A stretch of DNA of 64,000 nucleotides from the human T2T-CHM13v2.0 reference genome, Homo sapiens. Positions 26,030 to 41,055 of this stretch are shown piece by piece (the first letter of the stretch is position 1; each line of letters begins with the position of its first letter). The position numbers were made by a program, and so were the translations under genes. The notes under the pieces were generated by a model, which saw only the letters and a program-made list of their open reading frames with translations, had not been told where the DNA came from and ran no database searches. The stretch is taken from the NCBI RefSeq assembly GCF_009914755.1, contig NC_060940.1, one strand, 5' to 3'.

Positions 26030-26925
26030 GCTTATTCAGCTCATTTAACTGTGTGACCTTGAACTAATCATTTATCTGGGCAGTGCAGAAAGTCTCTTAG
26101 CTTGAGTTTTTCCAACGCAGATGATGATACAGCCTCATGGGGGTTGTAAGGATTACAGGGGTTGTGTATGAACAGCCATAGCAGGTAGTAGAAGAGGCAT
26201 CCTATAAGAGGTAGTGATTATGATTGTTATTGTATTATTTTCCATCTACACATATGCATTCTATCTTCTAGTCATACTGAAGAAATGTTTGCTCCTCTCT
26301 AAACACATGGGACTTGGTACCCAGTCTTGCAACTGCCTGAAATTTTCTTTCCCTCCTCTCTTTGATGATCTCCTTTAAGGCCCAGCATAAGTGTCACCCT
26401 CTCTGAGGGAACTCTGTAAATTTCTCTGGAGTCATATCTTCATCAGTGATTCCAGCTAGCAGTAGGTAGCTTGATGTTTAAGAGCATAAGGTCTGGAGAT
26501 AGAGTGTTGAGCTTCAAGAGCCCCACCTCTTCATAGGTATGTGATGTGGAACAAGTCCCTTTATGTGGAAAATGAGAAAATTATAGCACCTGTCTCATAG
26601 GATCATCATGAGGCTTAAATGAGAGAAATTATGTAAAGAGCTTAGCATGGGGTTGGGAGCATAGTAAGTGTTCAATAAATCTTTATATTATGTTAGCACT
26701 ATGAATGTACCTATTATATCATTGACTACTTGCTATTATTGTGCTTATTGATAAGTAGTCTTTATTCCCACCAGACAACAAACTCCTTCAAGATGGAAAT
26801 AGTGTCTATTTCTTCTTTTGATTTTTGCACCTACTTTAACGCCTGGAATATAGTAGACCATTTGATGTTGCATGGGTAGATAGATGAGTGGGTGGGTGGA
26901 TGGATAGTTAAATGGATGGTTGGAG
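26030..26925 (+). mobile_element. MIR - L2 - MIR - L2 3' end mosaic
   Basis: MIRs at about 26030-26230 and 26455-26690 (aggcttaaatgag...atgtaaagagcttagca...tagtaagtgttcaataaat); L2 pieces flank the second MIR and end in a (TGGA)n-like tail. Confidence 0.65.
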
Positions 26926-28539
26926 ATTGTTGCCTGGTTCAATGGATAGACCAAGGGGCTGGGTCATCTTTGCCAACTGGGATACACTGATTGTCACATC
27001 AGGAGAAGGAGGGCATTTAGGGTACAGAAATAAGCTCCCAAACTCTTTAGTTTGAGCCAGGGATGACAAAGGAGATAAACAAAGCAAAACAAACAAACAA
27101 AAAACAAGATGGCTGGTGGCTCCACACTGGATAAAAGGTTGACTTGAATTGTCCCAAGATACCTTTCACTTCCTAACATTTGCCCTCACCTTTCCCCACC
27201 TCCAATCGTAAAAATACCAAAGTCTCATTCAGAGACACACTTGTCCACACAGAGCGGCCCGATTTGCCATCTGAGCGTCAGAAACACCTCAGACAAATCT
27301 TTCCTCAGGCAAGGAAATAGACAAATCAGTGTTTGGGCTTAGGATTCTCTTCCTGATTCTTCTGAGGGAGGAGGCTTGAGGATCCTACAGTTTTACAAAT
27401 AAGACTAAAGCTTGCTGTGGTGGGAGATCACTGGTTTGGGGTCCTGATGCTTGATTTATATCCTTGAGGACTCTACATGTTTTCTTAGTCATTAAACCCT
27501 GTTTACCAGACCAAGTCTAAAATCTTGGTGGAGTCTGGATCCCTGGTATTTAGATTCAATGAGATGAATGCCTCAGAAATCACTCAGGTGAGAATCATCT
27601 CATTACAGTCTCATATGCACGCTATGGCATTAATGACTCTCTCTTTGTCAGATGCTAAGTGCAAAAAAAAAAAAAAAAAAAAAAAGAACTAACCCAAAAA
27701 CATTCCTCTGAATATGTTTTTTATCTTCAAAAAGACCATCTTTCCCACCAACCAAGGCTTTTACTTATCTTTTTCTAGAGTGATTGCAGAGAAAATCAAC
27801 TGTAAGAACTTTGCCACTGAACAATTAACTAATCATGTATCCACTTCCAATTGGGCTTATTTACTGAGCTTCAGCACTTAGGTGGGACACTTGGAGAAAG
27901 TGGGAACAGACTTTGTGCTAAGCTCAAAATAGACACTTGTTTAACCCTTGTAAGAAAAACAGAGAAGAAGAAGGAGGAGCAGGGGAAGGAAGCAGAGGAG
28001 GAGAAAAGAAGATAAAGGAGGAGGAAAGAAGATTCTTTTTCTCTAAGATCTCACACTTCAACCAGGTTGGCAAGCCTAATGCCTCAGTATGACCTAAGAA
28101 TTGAAGGCAGTTAGTAAAGCGTTGTTGTGCCAGGTGACCCCAGAGGAGAGGTCTATGTAAGCATTGAAAAATGAGATGCCAGGATTGGACAAAGGGACTG
28201 GGAGAGGTTCTTTAGGAAGAAGAAATTTATCCTTTCTTAAACGTCTCTTTTAATGGTGAAGACATATAGAGGTCTGGCAACCTGTCCCAAGCCATTCAGC
28301 CACAGGGGGAGAGCAGTGACCAGGACACCAGGGCAGCTATGCTAAGTCCAGTGCATCTCCCACAAGGCAGCAGTGACTTGTGTCTTCCTCCCTCACTCTG
28401 TCCCTCCTTCCCTTCCTTCTGCCTTCCTCCTTTCTTTCTTTATCCCTTCCATTAGTTGTTCAAGAAATATTCTGATTAGCAGAGTTGTCAAGTCCTCTCT
28501 GTACAGACTAACACTGTTTAAGGCATGGAGGAGGTGTTG

Positions 28540-28780
28540 GTATGCTTGGTGGGTCAGAGCTTAGACTTTGGAGAGCTCTAGGCTTCAATTCAAATTGTTG
28601 TTCACAGGTACCAGCAATTAGCTATGTGTCCAGGCCTAGTTATTTAACTCCATTAATCTGAGGGATTCTCCTCCATACGGTGGGATAATTATAATACATA
28701 CTTTGAAGGATTTTGTGAAGAACAAAATGAAGTAATTCATATAAAGCAAAAAAAGAGTCACTAATATTATTAGTTTTGCT
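28540..28780 (+). mobile_element. MIR SINE
   Basis: gtgggtcagagcttagactttggag...tagctatgtgtcc...ttgtgaagaacaaaatga. Confidence 0.7.
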
Positions 28781-29270
28781 ATCAGAAAATACCCAACAAA
28801 ACAAAACTGGCTCAACATATCTTTATCTTTTATATTTCGGAGAACATACTGGGATCATCCTGAGAAGCTTCAGTTATCACTGTTGGAAAGAAGTTCAGAG
28901 GGACTGGGAAATCAAAATTTCTGCCCTTAAAAAAAACACAATGGCACTGAAAATCAAGCTTTAACTTGCTACAAAATGCTGAGTAGAGGAGAATGAAAGA
29001 AAAGCAAAAGCAGAGAGGCTGAATCACATGCTCAGGTGCCTTAGCAAGGACAGAATGATGTCTAAGGCCTGGAAGAATCTGTGACTTCAAAGGTTCTGCA
29101 GTGCCCACGCTGCAGAAGTGGTGCTTTGAGAGAAGGCCTCTGTCTGGGACATGAGATGAGGCATCTCCAAATGAAGTTTTCAGGCCCAGCCCCCATCTCT
29201 CCTCATCTTTTGCTGGTGACAGAGATGCATCATGGACATCAGAAATCTTGATTCTCTAGGACTTCTTCTT

Positions 29271-29562
29271 CTTTTTTTTTTTTTTGACAGAGTCTCACTC
29301 TGTCACCCAGGCTAGAGTGCAGTGGCACAATCTCAGCTCACCTCCGCCTCCTGGGTTCAAGCACTTCTCCTCAGCCTCCCGGGTAGCTGGGATTACAAGT
29401 GAATGCCACCACGGCTGGATAACTGTTCTATTTTTTTTTTTTTTTAGTAGAGATGGGGCTTCACCATGTTGGTCAGGCTGGTCTTGAACTCCTGACCTCG
29501 TGATCCACCCCCTCGGCCTCCCATAGAGCTGGGATTACAGGCATGAGCCACCACACCCGGCC
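29271..29562 (-). mobile_element. Alu (AluSc/Sg-like) with TSD
   Basis: cctcgtgatcc diagnostic; TSD taggacttcttctt / taggatttcttctt. Confidence 0.96.
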
Positions 29563-30656
29563 CTTAGGATTTCTTCTTAAATGTCTTTCTGTAAGGCCCA
29601 GAATCTTTCTCTGCTCTACAAAGTCATTCCACATTAATATCAAAATCGAAGAGAACCTTGCCACTCTAAGACCTCAGGATCCTTCTTTCTGTGCCCTGAC
29701 AACCTCCAATCTTATTTTAAAACTAGGGGAGAATTTGGCACTTTGCTTTACAGTTTTGAACCTTCCTGCTCTTCTAATGGGCTCTTTCTTTTCCTCACGC
29801 AGACAGGGCTGCTCTTGCCTTGCTCATGGGGAAAGACCAAATCGCTTTCTTTGTTTTCTCCCCCGGGGCAAACAGCATCCTGCCCCGTCCACCTGTTCTC
29901 TCCCTGTGGCCCCTAAGGTCTCGGAGTTTGGTGTCTTGTATACTTTGCCTTAGAGAACAAAAGACACACTTTGTTGAAATGTCATATGTCAGCCGCGTCC
30001 TTCGATTCTATTAAAACCCTTTCTTTCTTTCCTCTTTCTTTCTTTTTTTTCTTTTTGAAAACATTATGGGGGAAAAAGGAGAGAAAGAGATCGAGGAGAG
30101 CAGCCCACAAAAAAAAAAAAAAAAAAAAAAAAAAAAACGCAGCAAACCCAAGCCCCACTTTGGGGAGTTGAAACATCTGCACTTTCTCAGCAGTTTGAAA
30201 GGAAACAAAAAATTGCCAAGTGGTATAAAATTTGAAGAAAAATTACCCAAAGGAGGAATGGACGTTAACCACGCTTCAATTCCCCACTATGGGTTGACAT
30301 TTGAAGTACTTTCTTCTCTCCTCTTTCTTTCTGATTCACAGTGTGTCTAAAGAGGTGAATTGGGCACACAAAACCCAACCTCCTCTTGCCAGGGTGGGTA
30401 TGAAATATGAAAGCTAGACGATTGTCTGGGCTCAGTGCATTGGAATAACATTGGTTAAATTATGGATAGTTTTTGAATAGTGTCACTTTTTTTTTCTCTG
30501 CAGATGGTTGTTCACACAAGGAGCCGGGTCTGCATAATTGTATCACTAATCAGCAGTAAGGCAATTAGTTGTGTAAGTGTGCTATAATCATTCTAACAGA
30601 AGAGATGACGAAAAGACAAAAAAAAGGAGGGGGGGGGACCAAAATGTCTTTTCTGA

Positions 30657-30681
30657 ATCCATCAACTGACAGCCATAATTA
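30657..30681. promoter_or_regulatory. Candidate PBX-HOX + MEIS + homeodomain composite site
   Basis: ATCCATCA (=TGATGGAT) 30657-30664, TGACAG 30667-30672, CATAATTA 30674-30681. Confidence 0.45.
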
Positions 30682-31146
30682 GATATATATAATTGAAAAT
30701 TCCACAGTAGGGGGGCCAGCTTGTACAAATGAATTTTCTCTGCTGCCCTTACGCATTTTTGTCTGTGGCTGAGCATCCCCCTTAGGAAAAGGCAGAAAAC
30801 TCGTCATTCCAAAAGAGTGCATACTGTACTGGGTATTCTTTCAGGCCAATGATGTCAGAATAACAATTTTTTTTTTCTTTTTTTGGTGTGGGGGTAGGCA
30901 TGGGCTGGGGGGGGACTTGGAGGTTAGTCTGCTGTGAAGACCAGGGCTTCGCGTAAGCTGATATGAAATGCCTTGCTGTGTCGTCGTTGCTGTTATTTTG
31001 AACCCATCCTTCAGTGGCCTCATGGCCTTCTTTTGGCTCATAAAAGGACATTCCAGGCAGGGCCAACTTATCCACCGGGCACAGGAGGCAGGGTGTCTTA
31101 GGGACTACCATACCTTAAGGGACCCACTAGAATGTTACAGTTTTAA

Positions 31147-31459
<313 letters not shown>

Positions 31460-32859
31460 TAATTTCTTTTAAAAGTCAAAATAAAATAACTATAATAAAA
31501 ATAAATCTAGCCTGCATTATAGTCACCTTTATACCAATGCAGTTATAAAATATAATTTTTCATATATTTTTTACAGATGATAGGGCCCAGGAGAACAAAA
31601 CTGCTATGGCACATTAAAGTTCTAATGGGGCCTCGATTCTGGGCTAAGGTGTAGTCCTCTATGGAAGTGAGAAAAAGTGGGGTTTGAGAGATCTCCCTCA
31701 CAACAAAATATTTTATCCTCAGTTTTTATAGGAAAGAGGGGACTTTATTTAACCAATGCCTGATGATCAAAACCTATAATTACATTTGGGTTAAAAATTC
31801 TTAAGTGCCTATGAGTTTGTGGAAACTGTAGAAAAGCTTAGCACCGAATTAATCAGACTATCGTTCTCCCATCAGACTAGAGATCTTCTTTTTAAATTGG
31901 GAGTGCATTCTCCCAACCTCTCTCTCTCTCCCTTTGAATCCACCAACTCTTCTATAATTTAATTGGACAAATCTTAACTGTGATTTTTTTCCCCTCCCAA
32001 AGAGGTGGCACATTGCGGCCAAAGCTTGTTAATTAAGTTCTTAAAATGCCCCCAGCTGTGCAATAAGTTTTCAAAGCAACACAACTGCAAATTTATTTAT
32101 TTTTTTTTTAACATTTGGTGGCTAGTTTTCAATCATGTATTCTTCCCCCCTCCTTTTTTTTCAGGATGAGAAAAACAGGAATAATCTCTGGGAGAATTCC
32201 CATGCATTGTGGAATCTTGGACAGACAGTCAAACTGGAGGTGCCATTAAGTGGTGTCTAATTGGAGCCTGTTGAAGGAGGGGAGTCACAAGGGACGATTC
32301 TCTGGGCTCACAGGCAGCTTGGGCATGCATATGCCTGTGAAGAAATAATTCAGAGAAGTACCCAGGAAAGTGAGCTCCCTACTAGGGCCTGAGGGCAGGG
32401 CTTCTCCCTACAGGCAGGTGGGGCTTTAGGGATAGTGGACGGAGCCAGGTTCCGCAGAGAGAGCCCAGCAGACAGGATGGACACCCAAGGTGCTTCCAGT
32501 GTCCCCTTGCCCCTAAATGTAGCCCATGTTCCTTGTCTTTACCACCTCAGCTTAACTGCTAAAGAGATGGGATTGAAATGGAAGGAAAAACGGAGACGTG
32601 AATTTGCAGTTATCTTCACCCTCTGCAAAGCACCATCTATGATGCTACCTCTTCGCTGCTACATTGAAGATGCTACAAAGGATCATTTTATTTAGGATCA
32701 ATTTTAAAAGTTACAAGGATGTCATTAATTCATATTTCAGTTTTCCATATTTCAATTCTCTTTTCAAGCACCTTATCATTCCCCTTGAAATGGAGTGTGG
32801 ACACGTGTTTTGTGTAAGCCAACGGTGTGTCTGTAAACATGATACATTTCAAGCGGCAG

Positions 32860-33103
32860 TTTTAAAGAGCCAATGCATAATTTGCCACATTCTGTAATCC
32901 TCAGCAGACATGGTTCTGTTCATATGAAGGCTTCTCTATCCTGGGTCCATGTGTTTTCACCATGCACAGAACTTCCCAGCAGGTTCTACCTCCAACGCTA
33001 TGCTGGACATGCAGCTTGAAGAAACAATAACCTTTTCCAAGTGAGACCAACGAGCTTTGAGGGTTGTTTGTTACTGCAGGGTAATTGTAGCCTGACTGAT
33101 ACA
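32860..33103 (+). mobile_element. MaLR LTR 3' part (MLT1K/L-like)
   Basis: Ends gttgtttgttactgcag...gcctgactgataca, the MLT1 3' terminus. Confidence 0.75.
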
Positions 33104-33109
33104 ATTACT

Positions 33110-33390
33110 TAGAGTCTGTACTCAAAGGTGACTTGGGGGCCAGATAAGGCCTACAGAAATGTCTTGTTTGGCCTACCACGTGTTTTCTAAAAAAAAAAAA
33201 AACAAAAACAAAATAAAGCAAACAAAAAACACAAAAAACTAGTTGCACACATAAAAATCTGGCAACACCAGACTTGCACTCTTCCTGTGTAGCCCCAGTC
33301 ACCTGGAGCTCAGGGTAGCAGCCTCCAGCACTCTCCTCTGACACTAGGAGGCCTACATGATCTGCAGTCCAAGAATTTTCCACAGCTGGA
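33110..33390. mobile_element. hAT-Charlie DNA element (MER102/MER58-like)
   Basis: gggccagataaggcctacagaaatgtcttgtttggcc...cacataaaaatctggcaaca. Confidence 0.5.
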
Positions 33391-34028
33391 GAACGAGAGT
33401 GTGAGGCGTCTCTTCTCTTCACTTCTGGATGTCATGGAAAAGGCAATGGCCAGGATTCTTTGGCTTCATATCCCAAGGGGTGCTGCATGGGGTACTTGCC
33501 GAAGTAACAGACTGTAGGTGTGAGTAGGTGCTGCAGATCTGAGATCTGGGTTTCTGGCACTCTGTTTGCATATCCATGGTATGGCAGTGTCCGCTGAGTG
33601 GGACATAGCTTTGAGGGAGTTAGAACCATTGGAATGGTCCCTTGCCAATTTCACACTTATCCCACTCAGTCATGGCAAAGAGAAGACACTACTGGCACTG
33701 GTAGGTGTGGCGCACTAATGACTAACCTCCCCTCTTGGCCCCCTCCTTGCTCTCCTTCAAATACCACTTACCTTTTTCCCCATGTGCATAGAAAGACTTG
33801 TAGCTGTTTATCTCTAAGCATGCCTTCTCCTGTATCTCTCGCATCCTCAGCAACTTCTCCCCGTGATTCAAGATCTATTTGTTGCTTTGCTCTCATTCTC
33901 ATGGCTTCAAAAAAAAAAAAAGCACCTTCCTGGGCTTCATTGCCTGCTAGTCCCCAGAACCTCAGATGGAACAGTAAGTCAGGGGGAAGACATAGATGCT
34001 TGTCAAAACCTGAGTTAAAAATAAGTCA

Positions 34029-34936
<908 letters not shown>

Positions 34937-35829
34937 AATAATACTTTAAAAAAGAAAAAAAAAAATTGCAAAGGAAAATAAAGTTCAAACTTTACATACT
35001 TAAATTTTGTTTTGTTTTGTTTTTTAAAGTTGCTGAGACAGAGTCTATCCACCATGGGATGAGGCCACAGAAAACGTGTCCTGAGCTGCCCCACGCCCGG
35101 CACCTGGCTGCTAATATCTTTCCTGCCTTTGTTTTACTCCCTGGGCAGCTTTCTCTCCTTTCTGAGTGCTGCCAGCACAAAGGGTCTTCCTCTCTCAGCA
35201 TCCTCATCTGTTTCCAAGATGTGGCACAAGCTTTGAGCAAAATCGTAAAACAGAACAAGATTTTCTTCTCCAAAGTCCCTAGCTGGGCCATCTCCTTCAC
35301 CTCATTGCAATGCTCCTTACCCCTGGTTCCTGAGTTTTTTCTTCTCGACACCCCAGCTGACACTAAAGCTTGCTCTCAGTATAAGTTTACCTCATTTAGG
35401 CAAATTGTGTCCCCATATGACCTCTCTCAGAGCTGCTGGCCTTTTAAGCCCTCCTAAAGGTTCTATCCCTGTTAAAGCTTATTTACCATTACACTCAGGA
35501 CACAGACTTATTTTCACAACAGAGCTCCTTCCCAGGAACTGGAAGTGACACCTGGTCAGTGGAAGCTGATTTCACCTTTGGAGAATGGCTTCCTTATTTT
35601 CTGGGATGCTGGCTCCCTTTCATCTCCCTGGGATGACCCCTTCCCCCACAACCCAAGCATGCGTGCTCCTGAGCTCTTGGACCTGGTCCTGCTTTTGAGA
35701 TGATTCTCTGTCTCTTCCCTTTGGCTGTCTTCTTCCAAGCCATCTTGCAAACTGATACACAGATACATAGAACCATCTTGCAGACTGCCCCGCTAAGCAA
35801 TTCCAGGACTGACTCCCTAAGACTGGCAG

Positions 35830-36065
35830 CCTGGGAGAGTGGTTAAGAGCACAGGCTCTGAGGCCAAAGTGCAGAATTTGTATCCTGGTTCTGCTACTTC
35901 TTAACTGTGTGACCTTGGGCAAGGGACTTAAGCTCCAGATGTCTGTTTTTTTCACTTGTAAAATGGGGAGGGATAATAACGGTACAGGCCTCTGAGTTAA
36001 TACATGTAAAACACTTCAAACATTACCTGGCATCTTCAGGGAGCTCAGTAAACATTAGCTACTCA
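35830..36065 (+). mobile_element. MIR SINE
   Basis: agtggttaagagcacaggctctg...ctgtgtgaccttgggcaag...tgtaaaatgggg. Confidence 0.9.
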
Positions 36066-36585
36066 TCTAGCTCAGCCTAAATAAGAGCTCAGGGTCTCTG
36101 CTCCCTTTGTTGCTTTTGCCCCTTTTCTCAAGCCAATTTCCTAGATTTCTTGCAGAGCCTCCCTCTGACTGCGTCCTGGTCATCCTGGGAAGTCTCCTCT
36201 CTGACTTGGGGTTTGCCCTGAGCCACAGTCACTTTGCATGGCTTTTCCTCCCAACCTCCTCACCCCTGCAATATAGCCCTCCTCAGGTTGGCAACCTCTT
36301 CTCTTCACCTCTGCCTCCCCAACATGCCTTGCAAATAGATCTGCTGACCACAGCTGCTCAAGAAAGAGTTTCTTTAGCTTCATAATGTTGGCTCTTGCTC
36401 TGTCCTAGGATGGAGGTGGTTTTAGAATCCTTTTACCTCCAAGACCCTATTAGTACAGCCTTCTGCTGCTTCATATTTATTTGACACTCTTTCATTTGGT
36501 CTCCCACCCAAATCATAATAATAAGTGAGCCATGAGTTGGGGTTGTCCACCGTCTTGCAAGGCCGGTCAGTCACTTTTTGGTTTA

Positions 36586-36978
<393 letters not shown>

Positions 36979-37369
36979 CTAAATCCCAGTCTCCAAGCTG
37001 TTCTATGCCATGCCAGCTACCCAGAAAAGTCCTCGGCTGTGGGTTGTTTGTGTTATTTTTTTAGCTGTCATTAAGCCACATGCATTCCTGCTTGTGTAAT
37101 CATCCGAGAACTATATGAGTTAGCCTGGGAATTGCCACCAACATGCTGCTTGTACTTACTAGCTTTATAACTGATGACCAGGCCGCAGGATAATGACAGC
37201 TTTGCTGCCCCACAGTCACTCAATTTAATGTAACTGATTTCTGAAGAAGCAAATGCATCTGCTAACTTTGTCTATATGAGTCAGTGGTATGGAGGCAGAA
37301 ATCGGCTGAATTATAGGATTAAAAGAACCAAGCAAATTCTAAACATCCCATCCTGGGCCTCTTTGGTCA

Positions 37370-37568
37370 TAGGTCAAACCTTGGTCCTGTAAAGTAGAAT
37401 TTGATCTGCACAATGCTTTTCAAAAAAATTAGATTTGAACACCTTTAAGAAACTCCTATATCCTCTAGTTTGCTACAATCTCCACTGTTCCCTTTTGTTT
37501 TACGTTTGGTTTGCTTCATTCATTTATGTTGACCTGCTTGGTCCCTGAAGCCATTGGGTTTACAGCTA
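37370..37568. mobile_element. MER102-like hAT-Charlie fragment
   Basis: gcttcattcatttatgttgacctgcttggtccctgaagccattgggttt resembles the MER102 end. Confidence 0.5.
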
Positions 37569-37797
37569 AAAAGCTGAGTGCTTCCTCTAAAAATACGAAA
37601 ACTAATTACAGAGACACAGAACCATGGAGTTTAGATCTGAAAGGGAAAAGGGAGTGTAATTAAAAAAAATAATTGTCGCCCCACATTTCCAAGTGGAGAC
37701 TGTGAGGCCAAGTAACATGAAACCATCTGTGACCCATGAGTATCTGTTGACATGGTCTTTGTCATCTTGTTTTCTCAAAAGAGATAACTTCTCTGGA

Positions 37798-38050
<253 letters not shown>

Positions 38051-38624
38051 AATTCTTTTGAGAAACATAAAAGCTATAGAACTATAATAATCATGGTGGC
38101 ATCATTTGTTAAGAATGTCAGATCCTGATACACAGAACTCACGTGCCAGCTGTCATCTGCCATGGCCTCGGCCTTGTCCCTGGCCAAACCTGAAGAACTT
38201 CTCCTTCATCTGGAAGGGCCCACTCCTACCAAAGCATTGTAGCATTGTAGATTTTACTGAAGATCTTGCAATGGAGACAGAAAAAGGGATTGATGTCATG
38301 GTAGACCCAGTCTTTCTCTTAGGAATCTTCCCCAGATGTATATTCTCCTCCTAGTATCACTCCTGTGCCCACTACTGACCAGGTCTCTCCCCTGAGCCTT
38401 CTTTTTATCAGCCTCTCCAACCCCACACTTCCACGTGCCTCCCCTGGGTTTTTCTGTCCTCTTTTCTTATGTTAAGCGACATAGCTTCTGTCTCTTTCTA
38501 TCCAGTTTCTATCTCTTTCTGCCACTTAATACTATTTTCAAGTGTGAGGATGGAAATTTTGCTTGTGCTCAGCAAGTAAAAAATTCTTCAGTTCTCATGA
38601 CCTATCTCTATAAATATGACAATG

Positions 38625-38850
38625 GAGGATTATAAAGAATAGCAACAAAACAGTTTTGTTCCTCTAAACACACATGGTCTCTAATCCTCACTACAAATTT
38701 ACAGTGAGGTAGGTATTTTTTGTACCTCATAGAAAAAAAAAAGAAGAACAGAGATCAGGGAGGTCAAGTCACTTGCCCTGGGTCACACAGCTTGTAAGTG
38801 CTGCAGATAGAACTTACTCAGGCCTGACCCAAACTCCTTCTTTGCCATGT
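38625..38850 (-). mobile_element. MIR SINE
   Basis: taatcctcactac...gtgaggtaggta...aagtcacttgccctgggtcacacagct. Confidence 0.75.
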
Positions 38851-38982
38851 GGGGGCATTGGATGGCAGGTAGTGGTAGGGCTGAGTTAATTGATCTGCTG
38901 GCATCAATTCTAGATGATTCTTCCCTTTAATCTCTATTGGGATCTAATAACTCAGAGGTGGCAATTTTGGTTAAACACCCTC

Positions 38983-39277
<295 letters not shown>

Positions 39278-39904
39278 TTAAACACCGTCTTTTTAAAGAG
39301 AATTCATCTTCAGGATGCTTTTTGATGCTTAGAAAGAAACTCCTAATGAGGATACTTCTCCAACTTTTCTTTCTCCTCCTCATCTGAGCCTTATTATAAT
39401 TCATGTCTATACATTGCAAGTGACAGTGGTCTCTTTTCTTTACTTCTTTAATTAGTACTGTCATTTTTAATCCACTGGAAAGAAGAATGGGAGATTGAAT
39501 ATCCCAACAGACATGTTATTCTGAAACTCCAATGGTGACAAATTCAAAAACTCATAATAAAGATTTGTTTTCCTATGCTATCCTATTAGCTCAGAGTAGA
39601 GAGACTTAGGAATCTTTTCCCCTTTTGGGGGCTAATTCAGAGCCATTTGTGGTTATCACACATAAGATGTTTTAAAACCAAGTTGTCAGGTTGTTAAATG
39701 TCTTCGCCATAGAGTGTTCCAGTAATTCAATCCCTCTGAGTTGCTCTGGGTGTCTTAAATGTTTTGATTGCAAATACAGGAGGGAAACTGCTGTCCTGAA
39801 GTCTCCTCTTAAATCTTCTTATGGATTAATTTGCTGTGTGGCCTGAAATAGGTCAAAAGGTTTTGGCTCAGGAGTAGAATTCTAGAAATAATCACCCTAT
39901 AGAC

Positions 39905-40090
39905 ACTCTAAATCAATCATAATTAATGCACTTGCCAGGTCCTGTCAGCTGATTGCTGCTAGAGGGTGAAATAAAGAGACCCTTTCTAATACAATTTGAA
40001 AAGAGATCAAATCTGTCATTTCATCTAATAATTGAGCCAAATGAGAAAAGAGAAGGGTCAAAGTTCACTGGATGACCTTATGTAAACCCA
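39905..40090. promoter_or_regulatory. Candidate enhancer core: PBX-HOX, two MEIS sites, nuclear-receptor DR1
   Basis: TAAATCAATCAT 39909-39920; CTGTCA 39942-39947 and 40013-40018; GGGTCA-A-AGTTCA 40055-40067; TGACCT 40073-40078. Confidence 0.5.
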
Positions 40091-40735
40091 ATAATGCATA
40101 ATTCATTTCCTTTTTATGGAATTTATAAGCTGCTGTAAATGGATGGGACAGAATCATCTGCCCTCCCTGGCTTCTCCCAAACTCTTCTTGCTTCTCCTAA
40201 AATGCCTTGTAGAGCTGCCCAAACTTTTCAGTGGCATATTCTGGCTGCATAATCCCCAAACCTTCAATATGGGCCGGCATTTAATTCATTCTCCCAAGCG
40301 TGTGAAGTTAATAACTGAATAAATCACTGGCAGCTCTCTCTGAATGATATAAAACCTGTAATTTATTTATTGAGTGTTACAAATACAGTTACAACATGTT
40401 TTCATGCAAAATGCTTTCCCTCTTTTTAATATTATCCAGAGAAAGAATCTGGGTTTTGAGTTCTGGAAATGGAGTTTGGAAGACAGCATGTTTGTGGATT
40501 GTCCGTTCTTTCCTGGTGTAGCGATGTTAGGAAACTGGGTCTCTTCCCAGCTTTTGCACCATTTGGAATGAGGCGAGGTGGGACAGAAGGAAAGTGTATT
40601 TCAGAAAAGCTTCTAGCCACTGCCGGGGCTCCCCCAAGCAGCTGTACTCAAGTTTACCAAAGCTCTGAACTGCGTGTGAACAAAACTCTTCTCTTAAATG
40701 CACAGTCAGAGTTCTTGTCTCAAGACCTCTTGATA

Positions 40736-41055
40736 GGCCGGGTGCGGAGGCTCACGCCTGTAATCCCAGCACTTTGGGAAGCCAAGGCATGCGAATCACT
40801 TGAGGTCAGGAGTTCGAGACGAGCCTGGCCAACATGGTGAAACCCCCTTTCTGCTAAAAATATGAAAAATTAGCCAGGTGTGGTGGTGTGCACCTATAAT
40901 CCCAGCTACTTGCCAGGCTGAGGCGAGGGAATCACTGGAACCCAGGAGGCAGAGGTTGTAGTGAGCCCAGATCACACCACTGCACTCTGGCCTGGAAGAC
41001 AGAGCAAGACTCTGTCTCAAAACAAACAAACAAACAACAACAACAACAACAAAAA
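40736..41055 (+). mobile_element. Alu (AluSz/Sx-like) with (CAAA)/(CAA)n tail
   Basis: Full dimer; short TSD cttgata. Confidence 0.96.

Noticed and set aside
27663-30137. Isolated A23 (27663-27685) and A29 (30109-30137) as tails of processed pseudogenes
   Set aside because: No TSD, upstream poly-A signal or mRNA-like body is visible; treated as mononucleotide repeats
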